This document shows positions 27,800-42,040 of a stretch of 64,000 nt of DNA, one piece after another. The DNA comes from the human T2T-CHM13v2.0 reference genome, Homo sapiens. Position 1 is the stretch's first letter, and every line of letters begins with the position of its first letter. Both the position numbers and the translations under genes were made by a program. Below the pieces are notes generated by a model. The model had not been told where the DNA came from and did not search any database. It saw nothing but the letters and a program-made list of their open reading frames with translations. Location: assembly GCF_009914755.1 (NCBI RefSeq), contig NC_060929.1. The stretch is one strand, 5' to 3'.

Positions 27800-30700
27800 A
27801 GCTTCTATCAGACTTACTGTCAGGAATAACCACTGCAAATTCTAGAAAACATCCATAATCAGCTACTTGAAGTCATTAGAGAAAGGACAAGCAGCAAAGT
27901 CTAGAAGGAGAGTCAATACTTCAATGGAGGTAGAACATGGTGTAAGTTTTCTGTTTTTAAGCTTTTTACATGAAGAACAGCATATAGTTGATCCTATGCA
28001 TGGTGGATAAAATGCCAATAGGAAACATATAGTCTTTCTGAGATGAGAAATCAGAGAACAGAGTGCAAGGCAATGACAGTCTCTGAAATTGGGAGGGAGG
28101 GCAGCAATAAAAAATATGCAGAGAAAGGTGCCCTAATTTTTATGTATAATCTCTGCACAAATCTCTGACTGATCTTGATCACACAAACACATGGCAGACA
28201 CAAAATGATGTAACTGATATAAGAGAACTGAACTGAAATTTCAATTGCAGCCCAAGAGAAACAACTTGCTGTTTTTATCTAGTCAAGATAATTATCTGCT
28301 TAAAAAATAATAAATCAATCAGCATTCTTCAGAGAGACATAAAAGAATTCAGAATCTCCACAACATACAGTTTAAAATGTCCAGGATAAGATTCAAAAGA
28401 CTAAACATATTAACGAATAAGAACACATGACCTATTCTTAATAAAATGTTAATCAATTGAAATACATCCAAAGATAACAAAGATATTAGAAGGAACAGAA
28501 AAGAATTTTAAACAAGCTACTTATAACTATGTTTAATGATGTAAAAGAAAATATGTTGGCAATTAATGAAAAGATAGAACATTGTAGAGAAATACAAATT
28601 ATAATAAAATTTAAATGAAAATTTTGTAAATAAAAAATACAATATTATAGAAATTAGTCTTTCAACTTGAATATATCAGTAAAAGTAATCCAACCTGAAG
28701 AACAGAAAAGGAAAACAGATTTAAGAAATAAAAACAACTTCAAGGACATGTAGAACAATATCAGAAGTCTATCCATCATACATGTAATTGAAATCTTAGG
28801 AACACAGAGAAAAAAATGGAAAACTATTGGATAAAATTTTCCCCAATTTGGAGAAAGTCATACATTTACAAATTCAAAATGCTCATCAAACTGCAAGCAA
28901 AATATATACAAAGACAAACATGCCTAGATGCATTACAGTCAAACTGCTAAAATAAAATATAAAGGTAAAATCTTATAAGCAGTCAAAAATAAACAATATA
29001 TTACATACAGGGAACAATGATTCAAAAGCCACTAACTTATCAGAAGCAATTGAAGCCAGATGACAGTGGGAAAATACAAAGTGCTAAAAATTAGATCAAT
29101 CCAGAATTTTATTTCATGTGAAAGAATTCTTTAAGAATGAAGGCCAAATGAAGACATTTACAGAATAAAAAAAAATAGTAAGTAAATTTGTTTGTAAGAG
29201 GACCCATACTATATGAACCACAAAAAGATGTTCTTCAAGTGAATGTAAAATTCTACCAGATGGAATCTCACATCATAAGAAAGGGATGAAGAGCATCAGA
29301 AATTGTAAATAATCAAATAAATATAAAACACTGCCTTTAATTTTTAAAAACACATATGAACGTTTAAGCAAACATCATAACATTGTTTACTGGGGTTTAT
29401 ATGTATGTAGATGTAATGTGTATGACATCAGTAGAATAAGGGATGGAGATTAAAGCAAACTATACGGGTACTAAGTTTCTACATTTTATGTGAAGTGGTA
29501 AAATATTAACCACTAAGTGAAGGGAAAGTTAGCAAGTTATAATATATTGTAATTGCTAGAGCAACCACTGAAACACTAATGTAAATAGGTAAACCCTAAA
29601 ACTCAATAGCTAAAGCAAGATATATATATATAAAATCAAATAATCCACATAAAGGAAAGAATGAACAGAGGAACCAGAAACCAGAGATGACAAATGAAAA
29701 ACAGGCAATAAAATAGTAGATCCACATTCAATCGTATCAGCAATCTTACTAAATTTGAACATATTAAACACTCCAACGAAAGGCCAAAATTTTTCAGAAA
29801 AGATAAAAGAGCAAAACTAAACTATATTCCTTCAAAACAGTTTGGCCTTTAGTTGTAAAGACATGGATAGGTTGAAAATAAATAGATGGAAAAAAACTCT
29901 CTTGTATACAGTAAGCATCAGAAGGCTGAAGTAACTATTTTCATATCAGATAAAATAGAATTCAGGCAAAAAGGTATTTCTAGAGATAATAAGTGACCTT
30001 TAATAATGACAAAATGATCAGTATAGCAGGAATATATATCATAAATGTAAATGCACTTTAAAAGAGCATCAGAATATAAAAAAACAGAATTAAAAGGAAA
30101 AATTGATAAAATTACAACTATATTTTAATTCTGTTATTACATCGAAAGATCAATACATGCACGGATCACTTTTAAAAATACTATCAATCACTTTGAACTA
30201 ATTGACATGTAGAGAACACTATACCCAAGACATTATTAGCATACTTAGTATATTCACTAGGAAACACCATATTCTGGGCTTAAAAGCAAGTCTCAATAAG
30301 TTTAAAATGATTTAAATGAAACAGAGCATGTTATCTAGCCAAAATAAAATTAAATTAGAAATAAATAACAATAAAATGCCTAGTAAAACCCATGTTTGAG
30401 AATTAAAGAAGCTTTGAAAAATGTCAGTGTGTGAAAAATAAATAACAAGCAAAATAAATAAATATTTAAACTGAATAAAAATGAAATACCATATAATAAA
30501 AACTGTGGAATGCAGCCAAATAAGTGTCCATAGGGAAATGTATATCTTGAATGCTTATATTCAAAAGAATAAATATCTAAAATGAATGACTCAAATTATC
30601 TCCTTAAGAAGCTAGAATATTGTAGACCAAAAAAGAATCCAAAGTAGGTAGAAGGAAAGAAATACTAAAGAAAAGAAATTAATGAGATAGAAGAGATTCT

Positions 30701-32663
30701 TAAAAATAGAGAAAATTAACAAAGTCAAAAGTTCATTTCTAGAAAATAATCAATAAAATGGATTAATTTGTTATCTAGGAATAGTGAAGATTAATCTAGA
30801 GAAACCATGAGAATAGAAACTACCAATATAAAGAAAAAAATCACAATAGACCCCACAGCCTTATGGCTACTAAGAGAATGTAAAGAGCAACTCTTTGGCA
30901 GCAAATATGACAATCCTCATGAAACTGAAAAATTCTCTGAAAGATATAACTTAACAAAACTTACACAAGTTAGAACAGAAAATCTGAATAGCACTGCATC
31001 TATTTAACAAATCGAGATCATCATCAAAAGCCATCTCATAAAGAAAACTAGACACAGAACATTTAACTGGTGTATCCTATCAAACATTTAAAGAAGAAGC
31101 AACACCCATCGGACAGAAATCTTTTAAAAAATACGGGAGGAGGGAACATTTCCAAACTCCTTACCCTGTTATCAAAGTTGACAAAAATATTACAGAAAAA
31201 TAAAAAGACCAACATATCTCCTAAATTTAGAGATAAAAACTCTTATAACATGTAGCAAATGGAATCCAAAAATGTAAAAAAAGGATACTATCCTGACAAA
31301 ATGGGATTTATTCCAAGAATGGAAGATTGGTTTAACATTCCAAAAATCAATTAATGCTATTTACCGTTTTGATCAAATAAAAATAACTATGTGATTATTA
31401 TGATAGATATCAAAGTTATTTGAGAAAATTTAACATCATTTTATGATAGAAACTATCAGCAAATGAGAAATAGAAGAAAATTCCTCACTCCAGTAAAGAG
31501 TAACTATGTACAACCAGGAAACACACTAAATGATAAAATATTGAACATTTTCCACCTAAATTGGGAAGAACTCAAGGATTTCAACTCTTAATCTATTTGA
31601 CATTGTAATAGAAGTTCTAACCATAACAATAAGGTAAAAACAATAAAGTGTATATTGATGAGAAAGAACATCACTCTTAATTGCAGATAATATGATTGCT
31701 TCAGAAATCCAAAAAATTTACAGAACTACTAAAAATGATAGATGAAGTTAGCAAGATAATAAAAAAGTTAAGATTTTAAAACATTTTATTTATACCCTAT
31801 TAAGTATAAATTAAACATAATTTGTGAAAATAATGTATCCATCATAGTTTTGAAAAATGCTTAAAAATAAATATAGTAAATAATTTGTGAGACTTTTACA
31901 CTGGAAGTGAAAATGACCCAACTTTTCCATAGAATTTATGTTTACTGTTTTTTGAATAAACATAGAAATTCACCCACCTGATCCTAAAGCCTGAAACTTA
32001 CATTTGTCTTATCTGAGTTCTTTCCTCAGGAAACCACTCTCAGGTCTTCCAGATCATATCAAGGAACTGAAACTCACCAGATCACTGCATCCAGACAATG
32101 AGATGCCAACCTTTCATTTATCGTGATTCCTGATTACCAGCTCCTCTATTACCCCACCCTTCATCCCTGTTTTCTCTGCCATATAGATGCCTAATTTTAG
32201 TTGGTCAGAAAGAAGAATTTGAGACTGATCTCCTATTCTCTGCTGCAGCACTTGAACAAAGACTTCTTCCATTGGAAAACTCATCATCTTAGTGATTGTC
32301 TTTCTATGCAGCAAGTGGCAGGACCCAGACTGAACCCTGGTGTTTTGGTAAAAGAAGCAACACAACTTTGCTGAGAGAAATGAAAGAAAATTCCCTCTCC
32401 CCAGTGGAGAGATATAGTGTATTCCTTGGCTGGAAAATTTAACATTGTTAAGATTTTAATTTACTCAAAATTTATATATAAATTCCATGCAAACCCAATC
32501 AAAACCCCTGCAAATTTTCATAGAAATTAACAGGTCAATTCTGCTTTTATGTTTAAATACAAAGGACCTAGATTACACAAATCAATTCTTAAAATGAAGA
32601 ACAAGTTTGGAGAGTTTTCCAAATTAGATTTCAAGACTTAGTATAAAGCTATGAAAATCAGGC
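27800..32663 (+). mobile_element. Ancient LINE-1 (L1M4/L1MC-MD-like) ORF1-ORF2 remnant, 3'-truncated
   Basis: Strongly A-rich + strand. Degenerate ORF1 (~28400-29270) and ORF2 (e.g. ETEKFSERYNLTKLTQ; GGGATTTATTCCAAGAATGGAAGATTGGTTTAACAT). 5' boundary approximate. Confidence 0.8.
31908..32353 (+). mobile_element. Solo LTR, LTR47-like, inserted in ancient L1
   Basis: Starts TGAAAATGACCCAA, ends GGTAAAA (degenerate GGTAACA). 4-bp TSD GAAG (31904-31907 / 32354-32357). L1 ORF2 resumes afterwards. Confidence 0.8.
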
Positions 32664-33308
32664 AGTCAGTGTCACCCTGATACCCAAACCAGGAAAGGAC
32701 ATAAAAAAAGAAAACTAGAGACTAATATCCTTGATAAACATAGATGCTAAACTCTTCAACAAAATACGAGTAACCAAATCCAACAGCACATCAAAAAGAT
32801 AATACACCATGGATTAATTTGATACACCATGATCAAGTGGGTTTTATCCCAGGAATGCAGGGATGGTTTAACATACGCAAGTCAATAAATGTGATATATC
32901 ACAAAAACATAATTAAAAACAAAAACCATATAATTGTTTAAATTAATGCAGAAAAAGCATTTGATAAAATCTAGCATCCCTTTATGATTAAAAAAAAACA
33001 ATCAACAAACTAGGCATAGAAAGAACTTACATGAAAATAATAAAAGCCATATATGACAAACCCACCGCCAACATCATACTGACTGGGGAAAAGTTGAAAC
33101 ATTCCCCCTGAGAACCGGAACAAGACAAGGATGCCCACTTTCACCACTTCTATTTAAAATAGTACTGCAAGTCCTAGCCAGAGCAACGAGGGAAGAGAAA
33201 GAAATAAAGGGCATTCAAGTTGGAAAAGAGGAAGTCAAACTATTGCTTTTCACCCATAACGTGATCATATACCTAGAAAACCCTAAAGACTCCTCCAAAG
33301 ACTCCTAG
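32664..33308 (+). mobile_element. Internal ORF2 (RT) fragment of a younger L1 (L1PB-like), no 3'UTR or poly(A)
   Basis: Encodes degenerate KPGKD...[20 protein letters not shown]...[10 protein letters not shown]...[10 protein letters not shown]. Clearly less decayed than the host L1 and repeats a region already present at ~31150-31740. Confidence 0.85.
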
Positions 33309-34123
33309 TGTCAGTAATGGGATGGCTATTGTGATATCATTTCCCACTGATGATCCCATTTTGGTCCCATAAGACTGTCCTTGGCCAGACATACAGATAA
33401 CATCCATGGCTGCTCAGCAGGTCATCAGTGATCTACAGCTATTGGTCAGGCATGCTTGCCCCTGCATCTCTCTAATCAAATAAGCAAGTGATGTATCAGA
33501 GGGTCTTACATATACTGAGCACCTTTTCTAATCCTAAGGTCTGGTCCTTGTGACCACACTGTTAGCACAGCAGGTGGATGAGGCAGAGGGACAGAGAGAT
33601 GGACATGTGAACATCGCATAACACAGGGCTCCACTAGAATGCTCTTTCCACTTCAGATGCATTCTAAAATTGTGAGTGTAAAACCTACACCTATACTTTC
33701 CCTTTGTTTCTTGCTACATTTTGAAAACTGACTAAATAAACCATGAGATTTGAGCACCTTACGCTGGTTCTGTGTGTCTATCTGTTCTGAAATCTCTGGG
33801 ACAGCTTCTATGATGGTTATTTTATCAGGTGATTACCTACTGTTGCAGTATGCTCAGGTGACCCAAATTGTCTAAGTAAGATAAACTCAAAGACTGTGGT
33901 TAAATGTGCAATTGGCAGATGCTGACTGGATTTAGACTGAATGGTTAAATTTGCTTTACGTCCTAAGTACCTAAAGATACGATATATTCAAAGGGAAACC
34001 CGAAAAAAACACACTTGAATGATGCCATTTTTAAAGCACAAGATGCCAGTTTAAAAAAGATCTCAGAATTTCCTAGCAGTTCAATGATTTTAAGTCATTC
34101 TACATTATATAATAGCATTAGAA

Positions 34124-34126
<3 letters not shown>

Positions 34127-34162
<36 letters not shown>
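34127..34162 (+). repeat. (CA)18 microsatellite
   Basis: Perfect CA run, directly visible. Confidence 0.97.
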
Positions 34163-34166
<4 letters not shown>

Positions 34167-36927
34167 CGCAAAACACCAGTAAGAATATCAACGAATGTTT
34201 TCATTATGCAAAACAAGTACTGGACAAAGCACTAATTTTGGAGCAGAAAACTCTCAAGCCTGCTTGTAGCTCAGAGATTTCAACAATTAACTTGACCTGT
34301 CTGTTCTTCTAATTATCTCTCTTATGCACAGAATTTCAGTGAAAAATTGAATACTTTAAGTTTCTTAGATTAAAATGATTTAAATATCCAAACTATCAGG
34401 CCATTTTATATTTTCTAAGTAGAAATATTTTTCCTCTAATACAAAATGTTTCTCTAAGATATCAAGTAGTCTGTTTGGAGGTAAGTTTTCTTGTCATTAG
34501 CATGTCTCTAATTTGTCCTGGTATAATTCCATTTTCTACTTTGATTGTGCACCACAAACATGTGGAAAGATTGTTCAAAGCAGATACATCAATCCCACAC
34601 TAGAGGTGTGTTTTCTTTTGCTTTTAAGTTGGCCAGGAGTAAGACTTAGTATATTTATAGACTTGAGTTTTAATATCTTGAATGTTCAAAATGGGATAGG
34701 ATTTGTATTGTGATATTCTTAGTAGAATAATACAGTAAATCTAAGTAGAGATAGCAATTTGAGGGATTTTATGTAATATTTTAAAATATTAGGTACATGA
34801 GGAAATCTAGTAAGCCTGACTAAAGAATAGGCCAGGCTAAATTATTAGGTTATGCTTATCACCATTGCGTGTACAGAATGACTACAACTCAGCTTAACGA
34901 AATGTTACCAGGCAAAGTTTCTTGAGAGAAACTGCTAAAATTATTAATTAAAAAGGATTAAGTCTTATGGATTGGCAAGGATGAGATGGCCAACAAAACA
35001 CCAAAGTTTCTGGGAGTCAGAAACTTGAGTACTCCACTAAACACTGTTAACTTCAAGAATATCTTTTAATTTATTTGTAGCTCATTTGCCTAACCTATCA
35101 CTACGATGCTACTTTCTAAAGATTTTTCTGGCTAGGACAGTTTCAGTTGGTCTTCCACTTACAATCGATCACTTATTAGTAAACCAAAATATACCTTTAT
35201 GGAAACACTTTGGAGCTTTCAGAAAAGCCTATAGATTCTTAATAGAAGAAGAAAAAGTACTGTCAAGAAATAATAACCAATAGGAAAAGTGATGTATCAG
35301 TGGATTGCCAGAGAGAACTGCTGATGCCTCTCTCCTAAAATATCTTTTTGCATCTATCAGAAAATGGTCTCTTATTTCTGCTCTGTGAAATCTCATCTTT
35401 TAAAGATTCTGAATTTCTCTGTGGGCCAACGTTGACTTCATTGTCACTCACTAACTTGAAGTCCTAAAGTAACTTCATTAGGGCATTGCTACTGCAATTC
35501 CTAACTCGACATTGAAAGTTTTGGCAGATGTAGAACAGGACATGCCTGCCTGCTCTACACCTCTTCCTGGTTCTTTCCAACACCGCAATGTATGCTTGAA
35601 CAAGTATAAATGAGACATTGTGGAAGAGATGCAACTAAAGAGAAATATAAATGAGGGGATTTTAAAAATTATCTCTATAAGTGAAGGAAAAAAAAATGTT
35701 AACTCTTTCATGGGGCGGGGGTTGGGGGGTAAACTTGAGGACATATACAGTCCTAGACCTGTTTTCTTGTCCTTGGTCTTGTTGCCATCTCAACAACTCC
35801 TTCTTCAAACAAATATCCACTGCACAAACTACAACTCTGCCTAAAGAACACCACCCAATCATAACAACTCCCTATCAATGAAAGTCATTTTTCCCCTTGC
35901 AACCATATACCCTCCCAGTAATGTAAAATATATGGTGATATCAAATAGGTTGCATCCAAATTACAGGAAGTCAGTCTCAATAACACAATTAAGGAGATTT
36001 AGGGGCATTTTGGTAGAGCAGTCTTACTCCTCACTGGGTTGTGGGTCACTCAGTTGGGAGTTGGTCTGTCCTACTAATTAGAAATGCTTGAATCAATGGC
36101 CCAATCACTCCTTATCTCCCTGGGCTCTTTTTCTTTTCCTATAATCTTAAGGAATTATATTTTTTTCTAAGAGACAGAAGATACAAAAACAGCAATCATT
36201 CACATCCTGAGTTCAGCAAAATCTACACACTGGACATCATTACGGAGAACAGCAGCAGTTTTTTATTCACTTTCAACAACCATTCTGGGTAGAGGGATGT
36301 GTGCAGGGATACATTTTATTTCCAGTTATGCATATTGTATTTGTGCAATTCCAAGACAACAGTTTTTCTGAGAGAAACAAAAATACCACCACATTAAATA
36401 TGTACATTAATAAGACATTTTCCAATTTCGAAGGTTAAAATATGAAACAAATGTACATCTTAGAATATAGTTTATCAAGTATTATACATATAGATATATG
36501 TTTACTGAAAATTATTGGGTAATCAAATTTAATTTACCTTTCCCCAGAATATGTCTTTCTTCTTCTCCACAGAATCTTGGAAAACTTGTAGTGCATGCAA
36601 TGTAATAATTTAAACTTCACAGCTTTCCAAGCACCTGTGGAACTCTACTGAAAGCTAAAACTTCAGATTTATCAAAACCTCATGCTCAAAGCACCTAAAA
36701 TGAGAAACTTGTTTTCATTTTCCTTAGAATCAGCCCTCCTGGATACCAAATATCAGAGAAAGGGAAAAAACTGCCCCTAAACCACCTTAGTAAAACTGCA
36801 ATCTCTGTCAACTTGAAGGAACCTGTGGCTGGCATTGCAGAATCTTTTCTACTGCTTTCATTGTGGCAGTGGTTTACAAAGCACCCAAGAGTCCTTCAAA
36901 GAGCTAGCTGTCCTACTTTTATTCTGG

Positions 36928-36995
36928 CTTTCCTTCTTCTTCTTTTTTCTTTCTTCTTTCTCCTTCTTCCTTCTCCTTCGCCTTCTCCTTCTTCT
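36928..36995 (+). repeat. CT/CTT-rich low-complexity polypyrimidine tract
   Basis: TTTCCTTCTTCTTCTTTTTTCTTTCTTCTTTCTCCTTCTTCCTTCTCC..., followed by a degenerate TG run. Confidence 0.85.
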
Positions 36996-38194
36996 GTGTA
37001 TATGTGTGTTTTTGCGTGCATATGTGTGTGTTAAAGAGATCTTAATGTCCTACTTGCCCAAAGGCCCTCACAATGCTAGCACTTTTGAAACCCTCTGAAA
37101 ACAAAGTACAAAAACTAAACAATCAAGGCCAAGAAAGGCAATGTTAGTGCTTGGGGACCCAGAACTTGACTGAAGATGAGTCAAGAGCTTGTAGTTAAAA
37201 GAAAAATTGACTATACGTTAAAGGATACTTCCTCTCTTACCTGCCAGATGAAACCAAAAATAATAAAGCCTTCATTATATTAGCCATCCCAGTGACCCAT
37301 GGGGTTGAGACTCCTCCCTCCCAAAAAGAAAACATATTTTCTTAATTGAAAATATAAATGTAGAGATTTTCTATGATATTGACCTGAACTTCAATTCCAG
37401 AAAAGCTGGTCACCTGTTACTCATTATTTAGCACTGTTATAAGGCATGACAGTTAATATCATAATCTCTTTCACAACACCGTAAAAAAGATTCTGATTCT
37501 TGCTAATTCTTTCCAATTTCATTGGCGTGGACTGCTGTTCATGAATATTTGGTTTTGTTTTTCTGGCTTTGCTCCCCATTCTCTTTCTTTTGGAACATTT
37601 CCTAACTTATTCTTATTTGGGTTCATCTTTATCAATACAACCATACAAGCAATGAAAAAGTTCTTAATGTTAAATTTTAGTTATTGCTATAGCCAAATGT
37701 TTGGCATCATGTAGCCAGAGTGAATTTATAGTGGATTGAATTGGACATTATGTATATATAACCTCTACTCTTTGAAAAATAAAGAAGCAAACCAAGAGTG
37801 AGAATAATGTTTATGTAAGTTTATGAAACTTAAGATAAATATCACCATCTCTGGAGAGATCTGTTTCCATCATACTATGACATTTTTCTGTAAACTAGTT
37901 GGCAGAGGATATATTGATTCTCTTTGTGCAAAAATAAATATTTCATCAGTAAACATATCAAAGTTATACTATATCTATTTTGTGGCACACATAGCATATC
38001 CTCCATTTACACATTGATATTTAAATTGTAATTTTTAAAATAATAATATACCCTTCAATTCTACTGAAACCCAAGTCTTCTATAAGCTTTGAAATTGTCA
38101 CATAATTCTAAGGTTTCGTGATCTGACTCCAGCAAACATATTATAGAAAACAACTAAAATATATTCATAAATTTATTTTAAAAATATGTTTTAC

Positions 38195-39725
38195 TTGATT
38201 AAGAAATAGGTCAAAAACCTTAACAGACACCTTATCAAAGAAGACATACAGTTGGCAAACAAGCACATGAAAAGATGCTTTACATCATATGTCATCAAGG
38301 AAATGTAAATAAAACAACAATGAGATACTACCACACACCTACTGGAAAGGCCAAAATCTAGAACACTGACAACACCAAATGCTGGCAAAGATGTGGAGCA
38401 ACAGGAACTCTCTCGTTTATTGCTGATGGGAATGCAAAATGGTACAGCCACTTTGGAGAAGAGTTTGACAGTTTCTTACAAAACTAAGTATGCTCTTAAC
38501 ATATGATCCATCAGTTGCACCCGTTGTATTTATTCAAAAGAGTTGAAAATTTATCTCTGTACAAAAACCTGAACATAGATGTTTATAGCAACTTTATTCG
38601 TAATGGCCAAAACTTGGCAGCTACAAGATGTCCTTCAGTAGTGAATGGATAAATAAACTGGTACATCCAGACTATGGAATATTATTCAGCACTAAAAAGA
38701 AATTAGCTAGAAAGTCATAGAAATACATGGAGCATAGTTAAATGCATATTACTAAGTAAAAGAAGGGAATGTGAAAAGGCTTTATACTGTATTATTCCAA
38801 TGATATGACATTCTGGAAAAAACAAATCTATGAAGACAGTAAAAGGATTGGTGGTTGTCAGGGATTAGAGGAAAAGGAGAGATGAATAAGCCAAGTGTTG
38901 GGAGCAGGCCCCCCAAAATCTGGCCATAATCTGGCCCCAAAAACTGGCCATAAACAAAATCTCTGCAGCACTGTAACATGTTCATAATGGCCCTAACGCC
39001 CAAGCTGGAAGGTTGTGGGTTTATGAAAATGAGGGCAAGGAACAACTGTCCCACCCAGGGTGGAAAACTGCTTAAATAAGGCATTCTTAAGCCACAAACA
39101 ATAGCATGAGCAATCTGTGCCTTAAGGACATGCTCCTGCTGCAGTTAACTAGCCCAACCTATTCCTTTAATTCGGCCCATCCCTTCCTTTCCCATAAGGG
39201 ATGCTTTTAGTTAATCAAATATCTATAGAAACAATGCTAATGACTGGCTTGCTGTTAATAAATACGTGGGCAAATCTCTGTTCGGGGCTCTCAGCTCTGA
39301 AGGCTGTGAGACCTCTGATTTCCCACTTCACACCTCTATATTTCTGTGTGTGTGTCTTTAATTCCTCTAGTGCCTCTAGGTTATGGTCTCCCTGACTGAG
39401 CTGGTCTTGGCACCAAGCACAGAGAATTTTTAGGGCAGGAAAACTATTCTGTATGACATCATAATGGTGGATATATGTCATTAAAATTTGCCCAAACCCA
39501 CAGAATGCACAGCACAAAAAGTGAACCCTAATGTAAACTATGGACTCTGGATGATAATGATGTGTCAATGTAGGTCCATCATTGTAAAAAATGTACCATT
39601 CTGATGGGAGATGTTGATATAGGGGATGTTATGCACGTGTGGAGGAACTTGGGGTATATGGGAAATTGCTATACCTTCCTCTCAATTTTGCTGCGAACCT
39701 AAAATTGCTCTAAAGAATAACGTCT
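38195..39725 (+). mobile_element. L1MC-like 3' end (ORF2 C-terminus + 3'UTR), split by MER9
   Basis: AAAGAAGACATACAGTTGGCAAACAAGCACATGAAAAGATG start. L1MC-type 3'UTR (GTGAACCCTAATGTAAACTATGGACT...AACCTAAAATTGCTCTAAA). Confidence 0.85.
38896..39412 (+). mobile_element. Solo LTR MER9 (HERV-K HML-3)
   Basis: TGTTGGGAGCAGGCCCCCCAAAATCTGGCCATAA ... GAGCTGGTCTTGGCA, 517 bp. TSD CCAAG (38891-38895 / 39413-39417). Confidence 0.88.
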
Positions 39726-40337
39726 GATCATTTGTTTTATTTTTTAAAAATCTATGTCCTAAGACCAAGAAAAAACAGCTTATTAAATAGGTCAGAGGTC
39801 ACCAAGCCATAAAACATACCTTACACTGAATAAGCCAATAGCCTACAATTTGACTTTTGAACTGTTATAGAATTCAATAATTTACTTTTTTCATGATAAA
39901 TCTATAGATACAATTTGAAGTGATGCATATGCTGCATATGCTGATGAAAGCACAACAAAAAACAATAACAACAAACCCAACTTTGTTCTCCACGAAAAGT
40001 CAAAGGCTGTTCAATTTTGCATAGTGGAAGAGGGTATTAATATATACTATGAAAACTTTCAAAAAAAGTCATTAATATTAAATTCATAATCTCTTAATAC
40101 AATTATTAGATTACCAGAGAGATTCTTCAGTCTGATTAATTGATATGCAACCTCTTAAGTATGACAAACTCCACAACAAAGAGTATTTGTCCATATTATA
40201 TGACACTGTTGGTAATTTCAAGATTATTTTAACTATCAAGATATTTGTGGGGATATGATCAAGAAATTTTACTTTATGCTTTCATGTGAATTAATATAAC
40301 CCTACATCTAAACCCTCAGAAAAATTGATCAGAACTT

Positions 40338-42040
40338 GCCTTTATTAAGAAAACACTAATCAACATGAGTAATGAAGGAACATATCTCAAAATCATAAAG
40401 GCCCTATATGATAAAATCACAACTAACCTCATACTGAAGTGAGGAAAAATTGAAGACTTTCCTCTAAGGACTGGAACAACCCACGGATGCCCACTTTCAC
40501 CCCTATTATTCAACATAATACTGGAAATCCTGGCCAGAGCAATTAGGCAAGATAATAAAATAAAGGACATTCAAATTGGAAAGGAAGAAGTAAAAACATC
40601 CTTGTTCACAGATGACATGATCTTACACCTAGGAAACCTAAAGACTCCACTAAAAAACTGTTATAACTGATAAAGTAATTCAGTAACATTGCAAGATACA
40701 AAACCAAAATAAATTCTGAGTTAATGCTGGAAGAGTTAAGACTTTGGGGGACTGTTGGGAAAGCATGATTGGATTTTGCAATGCAAGAAGGACATGAGAT
40801 TTGGGAGGGGCCAGAGACAGAATGATATGGTTTGGATCTGTGTCCTCACCCAGATCTCATGTGCAATGGTTGGAGATGGGGCCCGGTGGGAGGTGATTGG
40901 ATCATGGGGGCAATTTCTAATGGTTTTTCACCATCCTGCTAGTGCTATTCTCATGATAGACTTCTCACAAGATCTGATTGTTTAAAATTGTGTAGCACTT
41001 CTCCCCGCCCCTTTTCCTCCTGCTCTGGCCACATAAAATGTGCATGCTTCCTTTTTGCCTTCCACCATGATTGTAACTTTCCTGAGGCCTCCCCTGCCGT
41101 GCTTCCTGTACAGCCTGCAGAAGCAGGAGCCAATTAAACCTCTTTTATTTATAAATTACCCAGCCTCAGGCCTTTCTTTATAGCAGTGTGAGAATGAACT
41201 AATATAGCATTTGACAAGGAATCAATAACCAGAATATATATGGAGCTCAAACAACTCAATAACAAAAAGACAAATAATCCAATTTAAAAATGCGTGACAG
41301 ATCTAAATAGACATTTCTGGAAAGAAGACATACACATGGAAAACAGGTATATGAAAAAATGTTCCACATCACTAATCATCAGAGAAAGGCAAATCAAAAT
41401 CAAAATGAGATATCATCTCACCCCAGTTAAAATGGCTTTTATCCAAAAGACAGATAATAATGGATGGCGGCAAGGACGTAGACTGTTGGTGGGAATGCAA
41501 ATTAGTACAGCCACTATGAAAAACAGTATGAAAATTCCTCAAAAAACTATACAATTCCACTTCTGGGTTTACATCCGAAAGAACTGAAATCAATATATCA
41601 AGGAGATAGATACCTGTACTCCCTTATGTATTGCAGTGCCATTCACAATAGCCAAAATGTGGAATCAACCTAAGTGCCCATCAATGCATCAATAGATAAA
41701 GAACATGTGGTATTTGTACACAACATATTATTCAGGTATAAAAAAGAATAAAATCCTGTCATGTGCAGCAACAGGAATGACACTGGAGACCATTATGTTA
41801 GGTGAAATAAGCCAAGCACAGAAGGACAAATATTGCATGTTATCACTCACACGTGGGAGTTAAAAAAGTGAATGACATGAAGATAGACAGTAGATTGGTG
41901 GTTACTAGAGGCCAGGAAGGGGAGGCAGAAAGGAGGGATGACAAGGGAAAAATAATATAAATGTATTTGTTATCACTGAACTGTATGCTTTAAAATGGTA
42001 AAGCTGGTAAATTATATATGTATATTTTACCTCAATAAAT
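40338..42040 (+). mobile_element. 5'-truncated L1MA-like element with an internal gap occupied by a MaLR
   Basis: ORF2 RT remnant 40338-40713 ([17 protein letters not shown]...FTDDMILHL). ORF2 C-terminus and 3'UTR 41207-42040, ending TTTTACCTCAATAAA. Confidence 0.85.
40714..41206 (+). mobile_element. MaLR MSTA-like LTR (40823-41206) with ~110 bp of 3' internal sequence
   Basis: Internal end GACTTTGGGGGACTGTTGGGA...GGGAGGGGCCAGAGACAGAA (PPT region), then TGATATGGTTTGGATCTGTGTCC...GAACTAATATA. Confidence 0.85.

Noticed and set aside
35712-35729. GGGGCGGGGGTTGGGGG as a G-quadruplex or promoter GC box
   Set aside because: Only three long G-runs and no surrounding CpG island; an isolated motif.
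35790-35920. C/A-skewed stretch reminiscent of a NUMT
   Set aside because: I could not match it to any mitochondrial gene, tRNA or rRNA from memory. BLAST against mtDNA would settle it.
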